IMG/VR virus record: IMGVR_UViG_3300042465_007929
Coordinates: 32,001 to 96,000 of that record
DNA from: a virus
Direction: 5' to 3' (one strand)
DNA: 64,000 nt
Shown here one piece after another: positions 1 to 9,684 of the stretch. The notes under the pieces were generated by a model. The model saw only the letters and a list, made by a program, of their open reading frames with translations, made no database searches and was not told the origin of the DNA. The translations under genes were made by a program, and so were the position numbers. Positions within the stretch are counted from its first letter, which is position 1. Each line of letters opens with the position of its first letter.

Positions 1-23
1 ATTAAGGATTTTTCCGGTTCCAT
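1..23 (-). CDS. 5' end of a gene running off the window (MEPEKSL...)
   Basis: ATG at 23, open to the window edge, with GTGTAA 11 nt upstream like other gene starts. Confidence 0.45.
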
Positions 24-101
24 GATAATCTTGTTTACACATCTAACAGAAAAAATCTTATATAAATATAATATTATTTCATATTTAATATAAAATTTTA
101 A

Positions 102-299
102 TTACTTTTTTAATTCAAATTTAAATACGGTTTCTGGAGAGACTGGATCTTCTGATATATCGACCTTATCAACTCTCCCATTGACTCTATTAGCGCAATC
201 ACAAGCCCATTTAAAACCCTGCTCATTGATTGAGCTGTACGATTGTGTATAATTATTTTTATAATCATATACGCGATAAATGATATTTTTATTAGTCAT
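102..299 (-). CDS. hypothetical protein
   Basis: 65-aa ORF; TATAAT 9 nt upstream of ATG. Confidence 0.6.
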   Translation of the reverse strand: MTNKNIIYRVYDYKNNYTQSYSSINEQGFKWACDCANRVNGRVDKVDISEDPVSPETVFKFELKK

Positions 300-339
300 A
301 GCCTTTTTATTATAAAATATATTTTTTATTAATCAATAA

Positions 340-585
340 TTATTTATTAGGATAAAACTCTAAAGCAATATTCCCAACAAAATCCGTATCATCACTAATC
401 ATTCCAAAAACTAATAAGAAATTTTCATGGAAATAAGTTTCTTTAATATCCAAAAAGTATTTTTTATCATTCAAATATAAATCATGAATTTTTCCCTTTG
501 TTTCTAAAAGACAATTTTCAAAAAGTATGTTTTGTAGATGTTTTGTCGTCGAATTAGTCCCTACTATCTTAATTGAGCCTTTCAT
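340..585 (-). CDS. hypothetical protein
   Basis: 81-aa ORF overlapping the end of the upstream gene. Confidence 0.55.
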   Translation of the reverse strand: MKGSIKIVGTNSTTKHLQNILFENCLLETKGKIHDLYLNDKKYFLDIKETYFHENFLLVFGMISDDTDFVGNIALEFYPNK

Positions 586-1051
586 ATTTCCAAATGATTT
601 GTGTGTCTTCTATATTATCTAAATCTTCAACTATTTCACATTTTTTATCATATTTTTTTATCCAGTTTAAATATTTTTCTTTTTTATATTTTCTTCTAAT
701 TTCCGATTTTATAGTTTTTTTATTAAATTTATTTAATGCTTTTTTCATTAATTCATAAAAAGCAATCATACGAGAATTAAAAGAAAATTTAGAATTGCCG
801 AAAACAAATACTAAATTTAAACCATCGAACTCTTCTTCAAAAAATATTGACCCAATCCATTCATCATCACAAAAAGCTTCTAAATGATAACAATCATTGA
901 CTATAAATTTACAAAAATCATCAATTTTTGTTTTTCTTAATGAAAAGGATGACAAAGAACAAAAATCATAAGGTTTTGAATTTATACAAAATAAATAAAA
1001 CTTTTCATAAAATAAATCATAATCGTCAATTGTTTCTTTAATTTTAATCAT
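569..1051 (-). CDS. hypothetical protein, possibly GNAT-like fold
   Basis: 160-aa ORF; EAFCDDEWIGSIFF resembles GNAT beta strands (weak); TATAAT 8 nt upstream. Confidence 0.55.
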   Translation of the reverse strand: MIKIKETIDDYDLFYEKFYLFCINSKPYDFCSLSSFSLRKTKIDDFCKFIVNDCYHLEAFCDDEWIGSIFFEEEFDGLNLVFVFGNSKFSFNSRMIAFYELMKKALNKFNKKTIKSEIRRKYKKEKYLNWIKKYDKKCEIVEDLDNIEDTQIIWKYERLN

Positions 1052-1074
1052 TACTGTTTATTATAATCATAAAG

Positions 1075-1080
1075 GTGTAA
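1075..1080 (+). promoter_or_regulatory. GTGTAA putative phage promoter element (tail-tip operon)
   Basis: Hexamer 8 nt upstream of ATG 1089; recurs before many genes. Confidence 0.6.
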
Positions 1081-1088
1081 ATTTAAAT

Positions 1089-4052
1089 ATGGGTGAAGGT
1101 ATAGATAAAATGTCAAGAAGTTTGTTGGATTTGCAGCCAACTGCTGTCTTGGAATTTTATAGATTATACCCTGATACTTTAGAAAAACCAAATACTTTTA
1201 TCCCTATTCATAATGGATCAGCTTCAGAAAAAGATGTTGTATGGCAAGATGTTTTATATATGCCACTCCCTATCGAAGCAGAAGGTTTTGAAATAAATGG
1301 TGGGGGAAGATTATCTAGACCTAAAATTAGATTTGCTAATAAAGATTATTTAATAACTAATTTACTTCAAAATAATAAAGATTTTAAAAATGCTAAAGTA
1401 GTTAGGAAAAGGACATTTTTAAAGTTCATTGATGATATAAATTTTGATGGAGGAAATCCATTTGGAGATGAAGACTTTACCGCCGAAATTAGCAGCGAAG
1501 ATTTTTTAATTAGTCAAAAAACAGCAGAAAATAAATTATTTGTTGAATTTGAATTAACATCTCCTTTAGATTTAGAAAATTTTGAACTTAATCATCGTAA
1601 AATACTAGCTAAGTATTGTTATTGGCAATATAGAGGTCATGGCTGCAACTACATGGGGATGCCAGTAGAAAGAGAAAATGGCTTGGGTTTTGTTAAATCA
1701 GATGGTTTGGCTGTTGCTCCTTATAATTTAGATGCTCAAAATGGATTTAATTCAAACGCTAATTTAGAATGGACGGCAAATAAATCGTATACTATAGGAC
1801 AAATTGCTTATTTAGAAAATCCTAAAATAATCATTAACCCACTGCCAGATTCAAACGAACAACCAATGTTTATGAAAAATTGGTATGTGTGTGTTTTGGG
1901 GTCTACAAATCAACATCCAGAATCAAATTTAACATACTGGCAAAAAGATGGATGCAAGAAAACCATTGATGCTTGTAAAAAAAGATTTAACACACAGAAA
2001 TATGATCAATATATCATTGATAGCGCTTCAAGGAGCGAAGATTATATTGGTTTTCAAGGTAATGGGGCAGGAACATCTTTAGGTAAAATATATACAACAG
2101 ATAAAAATATTTTAAATAAATTAAATGGTAATTTTACAATTAATGGTTGGTTTAACATCAAAGTAAATAAAGATTTCGCCTGTATTTTAAGCACAACTCA
2201 AAAACCTACTACAGAAACTACTTATGCATTGGCTCAAATGCCAATAATAGATTTAAATGCGGATACTCATAAATCAGAAATAAGAGGTTTTCAATGGGGT
2301 GATGGTTTTGAGTCTTTTAATTTATCTACATCTTATGATGGAACTAATCAAAGAAATAATTTAGCATTACTCTATAAAGTAGATGGAGTTGGTTATTATG
2401 ATAGAAAAATGGTAATACTTACTAATACTTATCAAAATAATTCTTTAAATTTCATAAGCATTAATGCACAAAAAAATCTATCTGCCCCTCATAATTATTT
2501 AAGATATTCTGAAGATTTTAGATCGGGTGTCATGGGGACACAATGGGACAATATATTATGTTCAATTTCTACCGATGCTACTGGTCAAAAATTAGTTCCT
2601 TATGCAAATTCATCAAATTCATATTGCGGATTTAATATTTCAGAAAGTAGATTTTATAATGATTTTAATTTTTCAAAAACTTGGGCTGAATATGGACAAG
2701 GTTTAACATTTTCAATTCATGTTAAAAAACCAGCCACAAATAGCTATAGATATTTTTTTATTAAACATAGGGAATTTAGAAGATTAGATACTGTTCAATT
2801 TCAAATTATCCAAGGATCTTATACTTGGGATCAAGCAAATGCAGATGCCATAGCTAAAGGAGGAAGATTGGCCATTTTGGATACCCAAGTAAAAGTGAAC
2901 AGTGTTCCAGCTCATACATTTCCAGTATGGCTTGGAGCTACAGATAAATTTATAGAAGGGGATTGGAGATGGATTGATGGTTCTAAATTAAGTGATGGAT
3001 ATACTGCGCCAAACTGGGGAAATGGAGAACCGAGTAATGGTGGTGGTAATGAACATTATTTACAAAGATTATCAGCAGATAATGGATATATTTGGAATGA
3101 CATACCACTAAATTACAATTTAACTAATGATCCAAATTATAGCCCTAAAGGTTATGTGTTGGAAAAAGGATCAACAACTTTTGATGAATATGTGATATTT
3201 GATTTAGATACAAAAAGCATTGTACCCGGACAGAATTTTTGGGTTAATGGTCCAGAAATTCAAGATGTTGGTAATGGGTGGTTAAGATTAAAAGCGACAA
3301 TAGGTAATGGAAATGAAGTTGGAAGACATCTTGCAGGTCTTAATTTTGGTCCATTACCAAATTCCTCTCCAACTATATTACCATCAAAAACAACAGGTAT
3401 TTCATTTGATATAACTAGCAATTATGGAAATGGAACTAGCGGAATTTATATTTCTGGCGCACAACTTGAGAATGGACAATACGCGACAACATATAACCTT
3501 ACAACATCTAGTGCTTATAAACATAGAGATTTTAATCTAGATGGGGAAGATAAGATTGATGTTTATTTAAATAATGTTAATGTCCATTCTTGGACTTCTC
3601 AAAACCAAAATGAGTTATTAAGTTTTAAACCAGAAGAAATTGGATTCGGAATGTCATCTCATATAAGTAATAAAAACCTTTATTCAATTAGTGGATTTGT
3701 TGCTTCTTGGGCTTTGTGGGATAAAGTTATGTCTGAGTCAGATTTAAATACTTTATATAAAAAAGCTGTTAATACTTATGCTCCAATGAATTATGTGGAT
3801 TTAGATGGTTCATTTATTGGCCCTAACAGTAATTTAATTGCTTGGTGGGATATGCAATTAGATCCACTAAACTCAAATAAAATTTTAAACACACATAATA
3901 CAGGTTTATTTAATTTAACTAGGAGTGGCGTTACTATTGCTGGAGCCACAGGTTATAAAGAAGATGTATTTATAACTGCTGCAAAAAAAGCAGATGTAAG
4001 TAATTTACATTTTGGAGGATTTCCCGGAACAGATGGATTTGCGTATGGATAA
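1089..4052 (+). CDS. lambda gpL-like minor tail protein with nested LamG-like, CBM-like and C-type lectin insertions
   Basis: gpL motifs WQDVLYMPLPIEAEGFE..GRLSRP, VRKRTFLKFID, CYWQYRGHGC, DGCKKTIDACKKRF and C-terminal FGGFPG; about 674 aa inserted between CKKRF and FGGFPG. Confidence 0.9.
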   Translation: MGEGIDKMSRSLLDLQPTAVLEFYRLYPDTLEKPNTFIPIHNGSASEKDVVWQDVLYMPLPIEAEGFEINGGGRLSRPKIRFANKDYLITNLLQNNKDFKNAKVVRKRTFLKFIDDINFDGGNPFGDEDFTAEISSEDFLISQKTAENKLFVEFELTSPLDLENFELNHRKILAKYCYWQYRGHGCNYMGMPVERENGLGFVKSDGLAVAPYNLDAQNGFNSNANLEWTANKSYTIGQIAYLENPKIIINPLPDSNEQPMFMKNWYVCVLGSTNQHPESNLTYWQKDGCKKTIDACKKRFNTQKYDQYIIDSASRSEDYIGFQGNGAGTSLGKIYTTDKNILNKLNGNFTINGWFNIKVNKDFACILSTTQKPTTETTYALAQMPIIDLNADTHKSEIRGFQWGDGFESFNLSTSYDGTNQRNNLALLYKVDGVGYYDRKMVILTNTYQNNSLNFISINAQKNLSAPHNYLRYSEDFRSGVMGTQWDNILCSISTDATGQKLVPYANSSNSYCGFNISESRFYNDFNFSKTWAEYGQGLTFSIHVKKPATNSYRYFFIKHREFRRLDTVQFQIIQGSYTWDQANADAIAKGGRLAILDTQVKVNSVPAHTFPVWLGATDKFIEGDWRWIDGSKLSDGYTAPNWGNGEPSNGGGNEHYLQRLSADNGYIWNDIPLNYNLTNDPNYSPKGYVLEKGSTTFDEYVIFDLDTKSIVPGQNFWVNGPEIQDVGNGWLRLKATIGNGNEVGRHLAGLNFGPLPNSSPTILPSKTTGISFDITSNYGNGTSGIYISGAQLENGQYATTYNLTTSSAYKHRDFNLDGEDKIDVYLNNVNVHSWTSQNQNELLSFKPEEIGFGMSSHISNKNLYSISGFVASWALWDKVMSESDLNTLYKKAVNTYAPMNYVDLDGSFIGPNSNLIAWWDMQLDPLNSNKILNTHNTGLFNLTRSGVTIAGATGYKEDVFITAAKKADVSNLHFGGFPGTDGFAYG

Positions 4053-4452
4053 TATTTATAAATATAGAAGAGTAATAGATTGTTTAAATAAAATAAAACA
4101 ATTTTCAAAAATTTCACCACATATGGAAATTTGTGGATTTTTAGGATTTGATATTAATGAGGGAAAATTTGTGGCAAAATTAGAAAATAATTGTTCCACT
4201 GATCCAGTGAATTTTTTCGCAATAGATGCTTTAAAATATCTTTTATTTAAAGAAGAATATTCAATGGTTTGTGTTTTTCATAGTCATATCATTGGAGATG
4301 AGAATCCTTCTGAATTCGATATAAAAATGTCTGAAAATTGTTGCATACCATTTCTTGTGTATTCATTAAATACAGACAAGTTTAAAATTCATGAGCCAAT
4401 AAGTTCGGAATATAATAAAGAAATGTTAGATAAAATTAAAGATAAATTATGA
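4045..4452 (+). CDS. gpK-like JAB/MPN+ metallopeptidase (no NlpC/P60 domain)
   Basis: EICG...FHSH...PSEFD JAMM motif; lies between gpL and gpI; ATG 4045 preferred over the listed TTG start. Confidence 0.85.
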   Translation: MDNIYKYRRVIDCLNKIKQFSKISPHMEICGFLGFDINEGKFVAKLENNCSTDPVNFFAIDALKYLLFKEEYSMVCVFHSHIIGDENPSEFDIKMSENCCIPFLVYSLNTDKFKIHEPISSEYNKEMLDKIKDKL

Positions 4453-5117
4453 CAAATATAATTTTACATGGAATATTAGCAAAAGAATTTGGCGAAAATT
4501 TTCAAATGAAAATTTATAAAGCAAAGAACGTTTTAAAAGCTATCGATGCTAATAGAATTAATTTTATCAATAGAATAAATGAATTATCTCAAGAAGGATT
4601 TAATTATACAGTTATTGTTGATGGTAAAAAAATTAATCAATTAGAGGAGTTAGACGCTCAAAAAGAACCTCAAAAAATTGATTTAGTTCCTTTGATTATT
4701 GGTGCTGGAGGAGTTGCTTTGGTATCTGTTATTACAGGAATAGCCACTAGCGCTATTACCGCTGGCACTGGAGCATTTTTTGCCGCATCAGTAATAAATG
4801 CGGTATTGCTTACTGTCGTTTCTGTGGGTCTTCAAATGTTATTAGCGCCCAAACCAGACGCTCCAGCAGCTATATCATCCACGACGAAAGCAATGCAGCA
4901 ATCATTTTCATTTTCAAATAAAAATAATGTAGCCTCACAAGGTTCTCCTGTTCCATTTGGTTATGGAAGATTAAAAATAGGAAGCCAAGTAATTCAAACA
5001 ACCTTAAAATCATTCCAGCAAAAATCAGATTCAGTAGAATCAATGAAAAGCAATGCGCTACAATCATTAAATAATATTGCTAGCAATTCTGGAGGCATTT
5101 CGAAAAGAAATATTTAA
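4449..5117 (+). CDS. gpI-like tail assembly protein (ubiquitin-like N-terminus)
   Basis: IILHGILAKEFG start, LVPLIIGAGG, hydrophobic segment, QGSPVPFGYGRLKIGSQVI. Confidence 0.88.
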   Translation: MTNIILHGILAKEFGENFQMKIYKAKNVLKAIDANRINFINRINELSQEGFNYTVIVDGKKINQLEELDAQKEPQKIDLVPLIIGAGGVALVSVITGIATSAITAGTGAFFAASVINAVLLTVVSVGLQMLLAPKPDAPAAISSTTKAMQQSFSFSNKNNVASQGSPVPFGYGRLKIGSQVIQTTLKSFQQKSDSVESMKSNALQSLNNIASNSGGISKRNI

Positions 5118-5118
5118 T

Positions 5119-8100
5119 ATGAATCATTTATTTAAAAAATTATCTTTCGGCGGAGCTGGAGGAGGAAAAAAACCACAGGCAAAACCTGCAACATTAAAAC
5201 CTCCTATTGTTGGATCTTTTCAATTAGCCGCTTCTTATGATTATCTTGAAAGTGTTGAATTATTAAGTGATGGACCGATTGAAGGTTTGGTTAATCAGAA
5301 TGGATTAACATTAAGTGATAGAAGTTTATTACAAGGTGTGTACCTTAATGACACTCCAGTTATTGTAACAAACAACGATACTGTTTCCCCAAGAGAATCT
5401 TTCAGTCGAAATCCAACAAATATTGATTCTGGAAAAACGTTAAATGAAGCTTCAACTGCTGATCTAATTAGTACTTTTTTCTCTTCATTAAAAGCGCAAA
5501 GAAATGAAGCCCCACACCCTTCTCTTGGTGTGAATGTTAATACAGAAAGAGTTATTTCTTGCATCACTAATAATGCGTTTTCATCTAAATATGAAAATTG
5601 GATTTTAGACGGAACTATATTAAATACTTTAATAAATCAAGTAACAACCATTACGAATAAACCTAAAACTATAGCTCAATTATTAAGTAGTTGGCTCAAC
5701 GCTCCAGTTGTAAATAAAATTTTAATAGGAGGTAGATTATATAGTAAAGATTTAGATCCAGCTTCTTTAGGTGAATCTTTTGTAGTTAATTTAAATGATC
5801 CTTCATCTTTATACCTTGAAACATCTCCTTTAACGTATTCTTATAATGATAAAAATAAATCTCAATATACCGAAAATAGTTATAATAAATATGTAAAAGA
5901 TAATGCCCATTTAAGTAAAATTCTTGATATCTATCTTTTAAAAAGATATATAGGATTAAAAAAGATAATTGATATAGCATTAAGAAAATCTTTAACAGAT
6001 ATTAATCAAAAAGATTATTCGAAAGAATACGCTAAAACACTACTTGATGATAGATTAGGTATTAATTGGTCAAATTCTTCTAATTTAATTGATTTATTAA
6101 TGAATAAATTAAATATTGATAAGAATAATGATATGATTTTTATTATACCGTCTCCCCCTAAAGACGTATCGAGAGGAAGTCTTCCCTTAGTTAAGGAATA
6201 TATTGATCCAATTACCGGAATTAAAACTAAACAATTGAGAAAATGCCATGTAAAGATGTTTGATTCGTCAAATCAAGCATTTACAAATAGTGTCGATGGC
6301 ATATTTTTTCATGATTTTTTAGTTCCAACAATTAATGCGAATGGAAATTGGGAAGATTACGAATTAACAGGATTTGTCATATTGCAAATTAAAGGAAAAA
6401 ATGTAGAATCAGTTTCCGAAGTAAAAAAAGGAGAAAAACCAAAACAATTTAGAGGAGCTAATAATTGGGGTGTACCCGGAAAAAAAACTATTCGATATTT
6501 TAATCAAGCATTTTGTATCCCAGAGAAAGCTGCTACAAGATTGTCTCAAGCCTCACAGTTTAAATTAATTCCAGAAGATTACGCATTATCTAGTGCTAAT
6601 TTAGTATCTAACGGAAAAGATAAATTTAATTATACTGACATTTTTGTTGAATATAAAGAAGGAAAAGAGCATCAAGTTCCTTTAGAGTATTTTAGTAATA
6701 TTTGTATAGATCATATGTATGGTTCTCAATTAATAGGACCATTTAGAGTAAATGGTAACATACAAAGAATTAAAGAAGAAAAAAGCGTTTTTGATTTCAC
6801 TCAATATAAATCAAATTTAAATTTAGACATAAGCGCTGAAGGAAGTGAAGACGATAGAGAAGTAGGAAATTTTTCTGATTGGAATTATGCTAATACAAAT
6901 TTCAATGAATCTTTAATCCCTATAACACATATCATTTTAAATCCAAATGTTAGTCAATGTTATATAACATTACAAATTTCTCAATTATCAGATACTATTA
7001 GTAGAGATCTTAATACTAACTCTTATGGTCAAGCTGGCGCAGGAACTAATTATCCGACAACAGTTACTATAGAAGTTGAAGTTGGTCATATTGATGATAA
7101 TGGAACTCAAGTCCCTTTAAGCGTAAATAAAAGATTTGAAATTGTTTCTTTGATTCAGAGTCCTACTTATATAGATATTGGCAATCCAGATAATCAAAAA
7201 AATCAAAAGGACTACTTATTTATAATAAATAAAACACATAATGCAGAAGGAGTTTGGACACCATTTGATCTTCCATTAATAGAAATTAAAACAGCGCTCG
7301 ATAAAGAATTATCTTCTCCTATTTCTACTAATTTATCAGGATCATCAAAAAGATATATAAAAGTTTCAAAAATATCAACAGAAACAAACTCTACTTTAGT
7401 TAGAAAAGATGTTTCTTTAGCTAAAATTACTGAAATAATTAAAGGTAATTTAACATATCCATTTTCAGCTTTAGTTGCGACAAAAATAGACTCAAGAGCT
7501 TTTGGATCTGTGCCAACTAAAATTTATGATTGTAAATTAAAAAAAATAAAAGTTCCAAATAATTATTTTCCTTGTAGTCTAGATACAGGAAAAGATAAAA
7601 GATATTATAAAAATCAAACAGAATTTAATTCTGGAGATCGCCATGTATATCAAGGAGATTGGAATGGAGAATTTCATAATGAATTAGTTTGGACTGATAA
7701 TCCAGCATGGATTATATATGATATATTAACAAGCACTAGATATGGATTGGGTCAATATTTAGATATTGAACAAATTGATATTTGGGAATTATATAAAATC
7801 GGAAGATTTTGTGATGCAGTTGATGATTTTGGATATTTTCAAGGCGTTCCTGATGGATTTGGAGGTTTTGAACCAAGATTTTCTTGCAATGTTTTATTCA
7901 CTGAGGGAGAAAAAGTTTTTGATGTGATTAATATTATTTCTGCTTTATTTAGGGGGCAAACATATTATTATAATTCAGAAATTCATTTTGTAGATGATAG
8001 ACCCAAAACTCCTATCGCTTTATTTACTAATTCAAATATAAAAGATGGATTTTTTAATTACGCAAATTACAGAAGAGATGAACAATTTAATACTATCGAA

Positions 8101-9684
8101 GTAACTTATATTGATAGATTTGAAAACTTTCAAACTAAAATTGAATTCGCAGAAGATGAAGAAGATATAAGAAAAAGAGGTATATTTAAAAAAACAATTA
8201 ATGCTATAGGAGTATCATCTCCAGCTATGGCAAAAAGAATTGCTCAACATTTATTATTTCAAACTATCAAAGAAAATCAATCAGTAACATTTTCTGCTGG
8301 ATTAGAATCTTTATTATGTAGGCCCGGTGATTTAATTATAGTTGAAGATGAATTAAAAAGTTTAAAATCTAATTTTGGACGTATTTTAGATATAGATTCT
8401 AATAATGGATATATAAGAACTAATGATGTATTAAATACTACAGATTATGAAAGTTATATTACTGTTTATACGCCAACTGGACATCAAACTAGAGATGATT
8501 TAAGGGCTATAGTGAATACCAAAAGAAGTAGATTAGATTCATTTGTTTTAACCCAAGGAGGTTGGACTTCTCCGACTTATGATTATTTAACTGGTAATTA
8601 TAGATTTTCTGGTTATACTGCTGGTTTTGATAAACTCAAAACACAATTCCCATCCGTTCTTGAAGAGCAGTATGCTCTATATACAGGAAGAAATAGTAAT
8701 TTTTGTTATTTTTCAACTCAATATACTGGATGGGTTTTAGGGGTGGGAAATCCATACGCTTTAGACTCAAATGGTCGTTTCATATTTGATTCTGAAGATT
8801 TTAATTTTGATGATGTGAATAGAGGTTATGGGTATTTTTATAATACAGCAGTAGCAGATAGGAGAGGAAGTAAATTTGCTACAGCTTTAAATGGGCAACT
8901 TACTGGACCTAATTCTAAATTTAGAAATATAAATGGAACTGAATTGTATTTAACTGGAGGTTTACTTCCGTCGGATATTGAATTGACTAGTCCATCTCAT
9001 ATTAGTAAATTTAAAATTACTGGTTTTGAATCTATGGAATATGGATCATTATTATTAATTGATAAACTTGATAAAAATTTCGCTTTATTACCTCTCGTCC
9101 CAGAAGGATCTGTTTATCGTTTTCAACGAAAAAATGCTGATGATCAAATTTATAAAGTATTAAATATTCAAGAACAAAATCCAAACGAATATTTAGTAAC
9201 TGCTTCGTTATTTAATACTGGTAAATATAATTTTATAGAAAATTATCAATCAATTCAAAATCAAAATTCAACATATAGCCACACAGCTAGCCAAGTCATT
9301 AATAATCAAACATTTGAGACATTAAAATCTCCTATAATAACTAAATTGATCACTGGATATGATGATGCAAAAAATTTATATATAACTGGAAATTGGACTG
9401 GTTATTTCCCAAGCGATAGCAATAAATGTCTAGGCTATAACGTAAGACTAAAACAAGCCAATGGTTATTCAATAGAACAATTTTTCCCAATTGAAACATC
9501 TGGAGCTTCATTTTATGCCCCATCAGTTGGAAATTATGTTTTATCTGTACAAGCTAAAGGTGTAAAAACTAATAGCACTAAATACTTTGATTCAGAATTT
9601 AATTCTTCTGGAATATTTATACTATATAACGATGCAGTTTTAAAAGATAGAGCGTACATCACATCTTTAAGTATCTTATCATGA
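5119..9684 (+). CDS. gpJ-like central tail fibre / host specificity protein
   Basis: ELLSDGPIEGLV, WTDNPAWIIYDILT..RYGLG, EPRFSCN, RPGDLI; ATG 5119 preferred. Confidence 0.92.
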   Translation: MNHLFKKLSFGGAGGGKKPQAKPATLKPPIVGSFQLAASYDYLESVELLSDGPIEGLVNQNGLTLSDRSLLQGVYLNDTPVIVTNNDTVSPRESFSRNPTNIDSGKTLNEASTADLISTFFSSLKAQRNEAPHPSLGVNVNTERVISCITNNAFSSKYENWILDGTILNTLINQVTTITNKPKTIAQLLSSWLNAPVVNKILIGGRLYSKDLDPASLGESFVVNLNDPSSLYLETSPLTYSYNDKNKSQYTENSYNKYVKDNAHLSKILDIYLLKRYIGLKKIIDIALRKSLTDINQKDYSKEYAKTLLDDRLGINWSNSSNLIDLLMNKLNIDKNNDMIFIIPSPPKDVSRGSLPLVKEYIDPITGIKTKQLRKCHVKMFDSSNQAFTNSVDGIFFHDFLVPTINANGNWEDYELTGFVILQIKGKNVESVSEVKKGEKPKQFRGANNWGVPGKKTIRYFNQAFCIPEKAATRLSQASQFKLIPEDYALSSANLVSNGKDKFNYTDIFVEYKEGKEHQVPLEYFSNICIDHMYGSQLIGPFRVNGNIQRIKEEKSVFDFTQYKSNLNLDISAEGSEDDREVGNFSDWNYANTNFNESLIPITHIILNPNVSQCYITLQISQLSDTISRDLNTNSYGQAGAGTNYPTTVTIEVEVGHIDDNGTQVPLSVNKRFEIVSLIQSPTYIDIGNPDNQKNQKDYLFIINKTHNAEGVWTPFDLPLIEIKTALDKELSSPISTNLSGSSKRYIKVSKISTETNSTLVRKDVSLAKITEIIKGNLTYPFSALVATKIDSRAFGSVPTKIYDCKLKKIKVPNNYFPCSLDTGKDKRYYKNQTEFNSGDRHVYQGDWNGEFHNELVWTDNPAWIIYDILTSTRYGLGQYLDIEQIDIWELYKIGRFCDAVDDFGYFQGVPDGFGGFEPRFSCNVLFTEGEKVFDVINIISALFRGQTYYYNSEIHFVDDRPKTPIALFTNSNIKDGFFNYANYRRDEQFNTIEVTYIDRFENFQTKIEFAEDEEDIRKRGIFKKTINAIGVSSPAMAKRIAQHLLFQTIKENQSVTFSAGLESLLCRPGDLIIVEDELKSLKSNFGRILDIDSNNGYIRTNDVLNTTDYESYITVYTPTGHQTRDDLRAIVNTKRSRLDSFVLTQGGWTSPTYDYLTGNYRFSGYTAGFDKLKTQFPSVLEEQYALYTGRNSNFCYFSTQYTGWVLGVGNPYALDSNGRFIFDSEDFNFDDVNRGYGYFYNTAVADRRGSKFATALNGQLTGPNSKFRNINGTELYLTGGLLPSDIELTSPSHISKFKITGFESMEYGSLLLIDKLDKNFALLPLVPEGSVYRFQRKNADDQIYKVLNIQEQNPNEYLVTASLFNTGKYNFIENYQSIQNQNSTYSHTASQVINNQTFETLKSPIITKLITGYDDAKNLYITGNWTGYFPSDSNKCLGYNVRLKQANGYSIEQFFPIETSGASFYAPSVGNYVLSVQAKGVKTNSTKYFDSEFNSSGIFILYNDAVLKDRAYITSLSILS

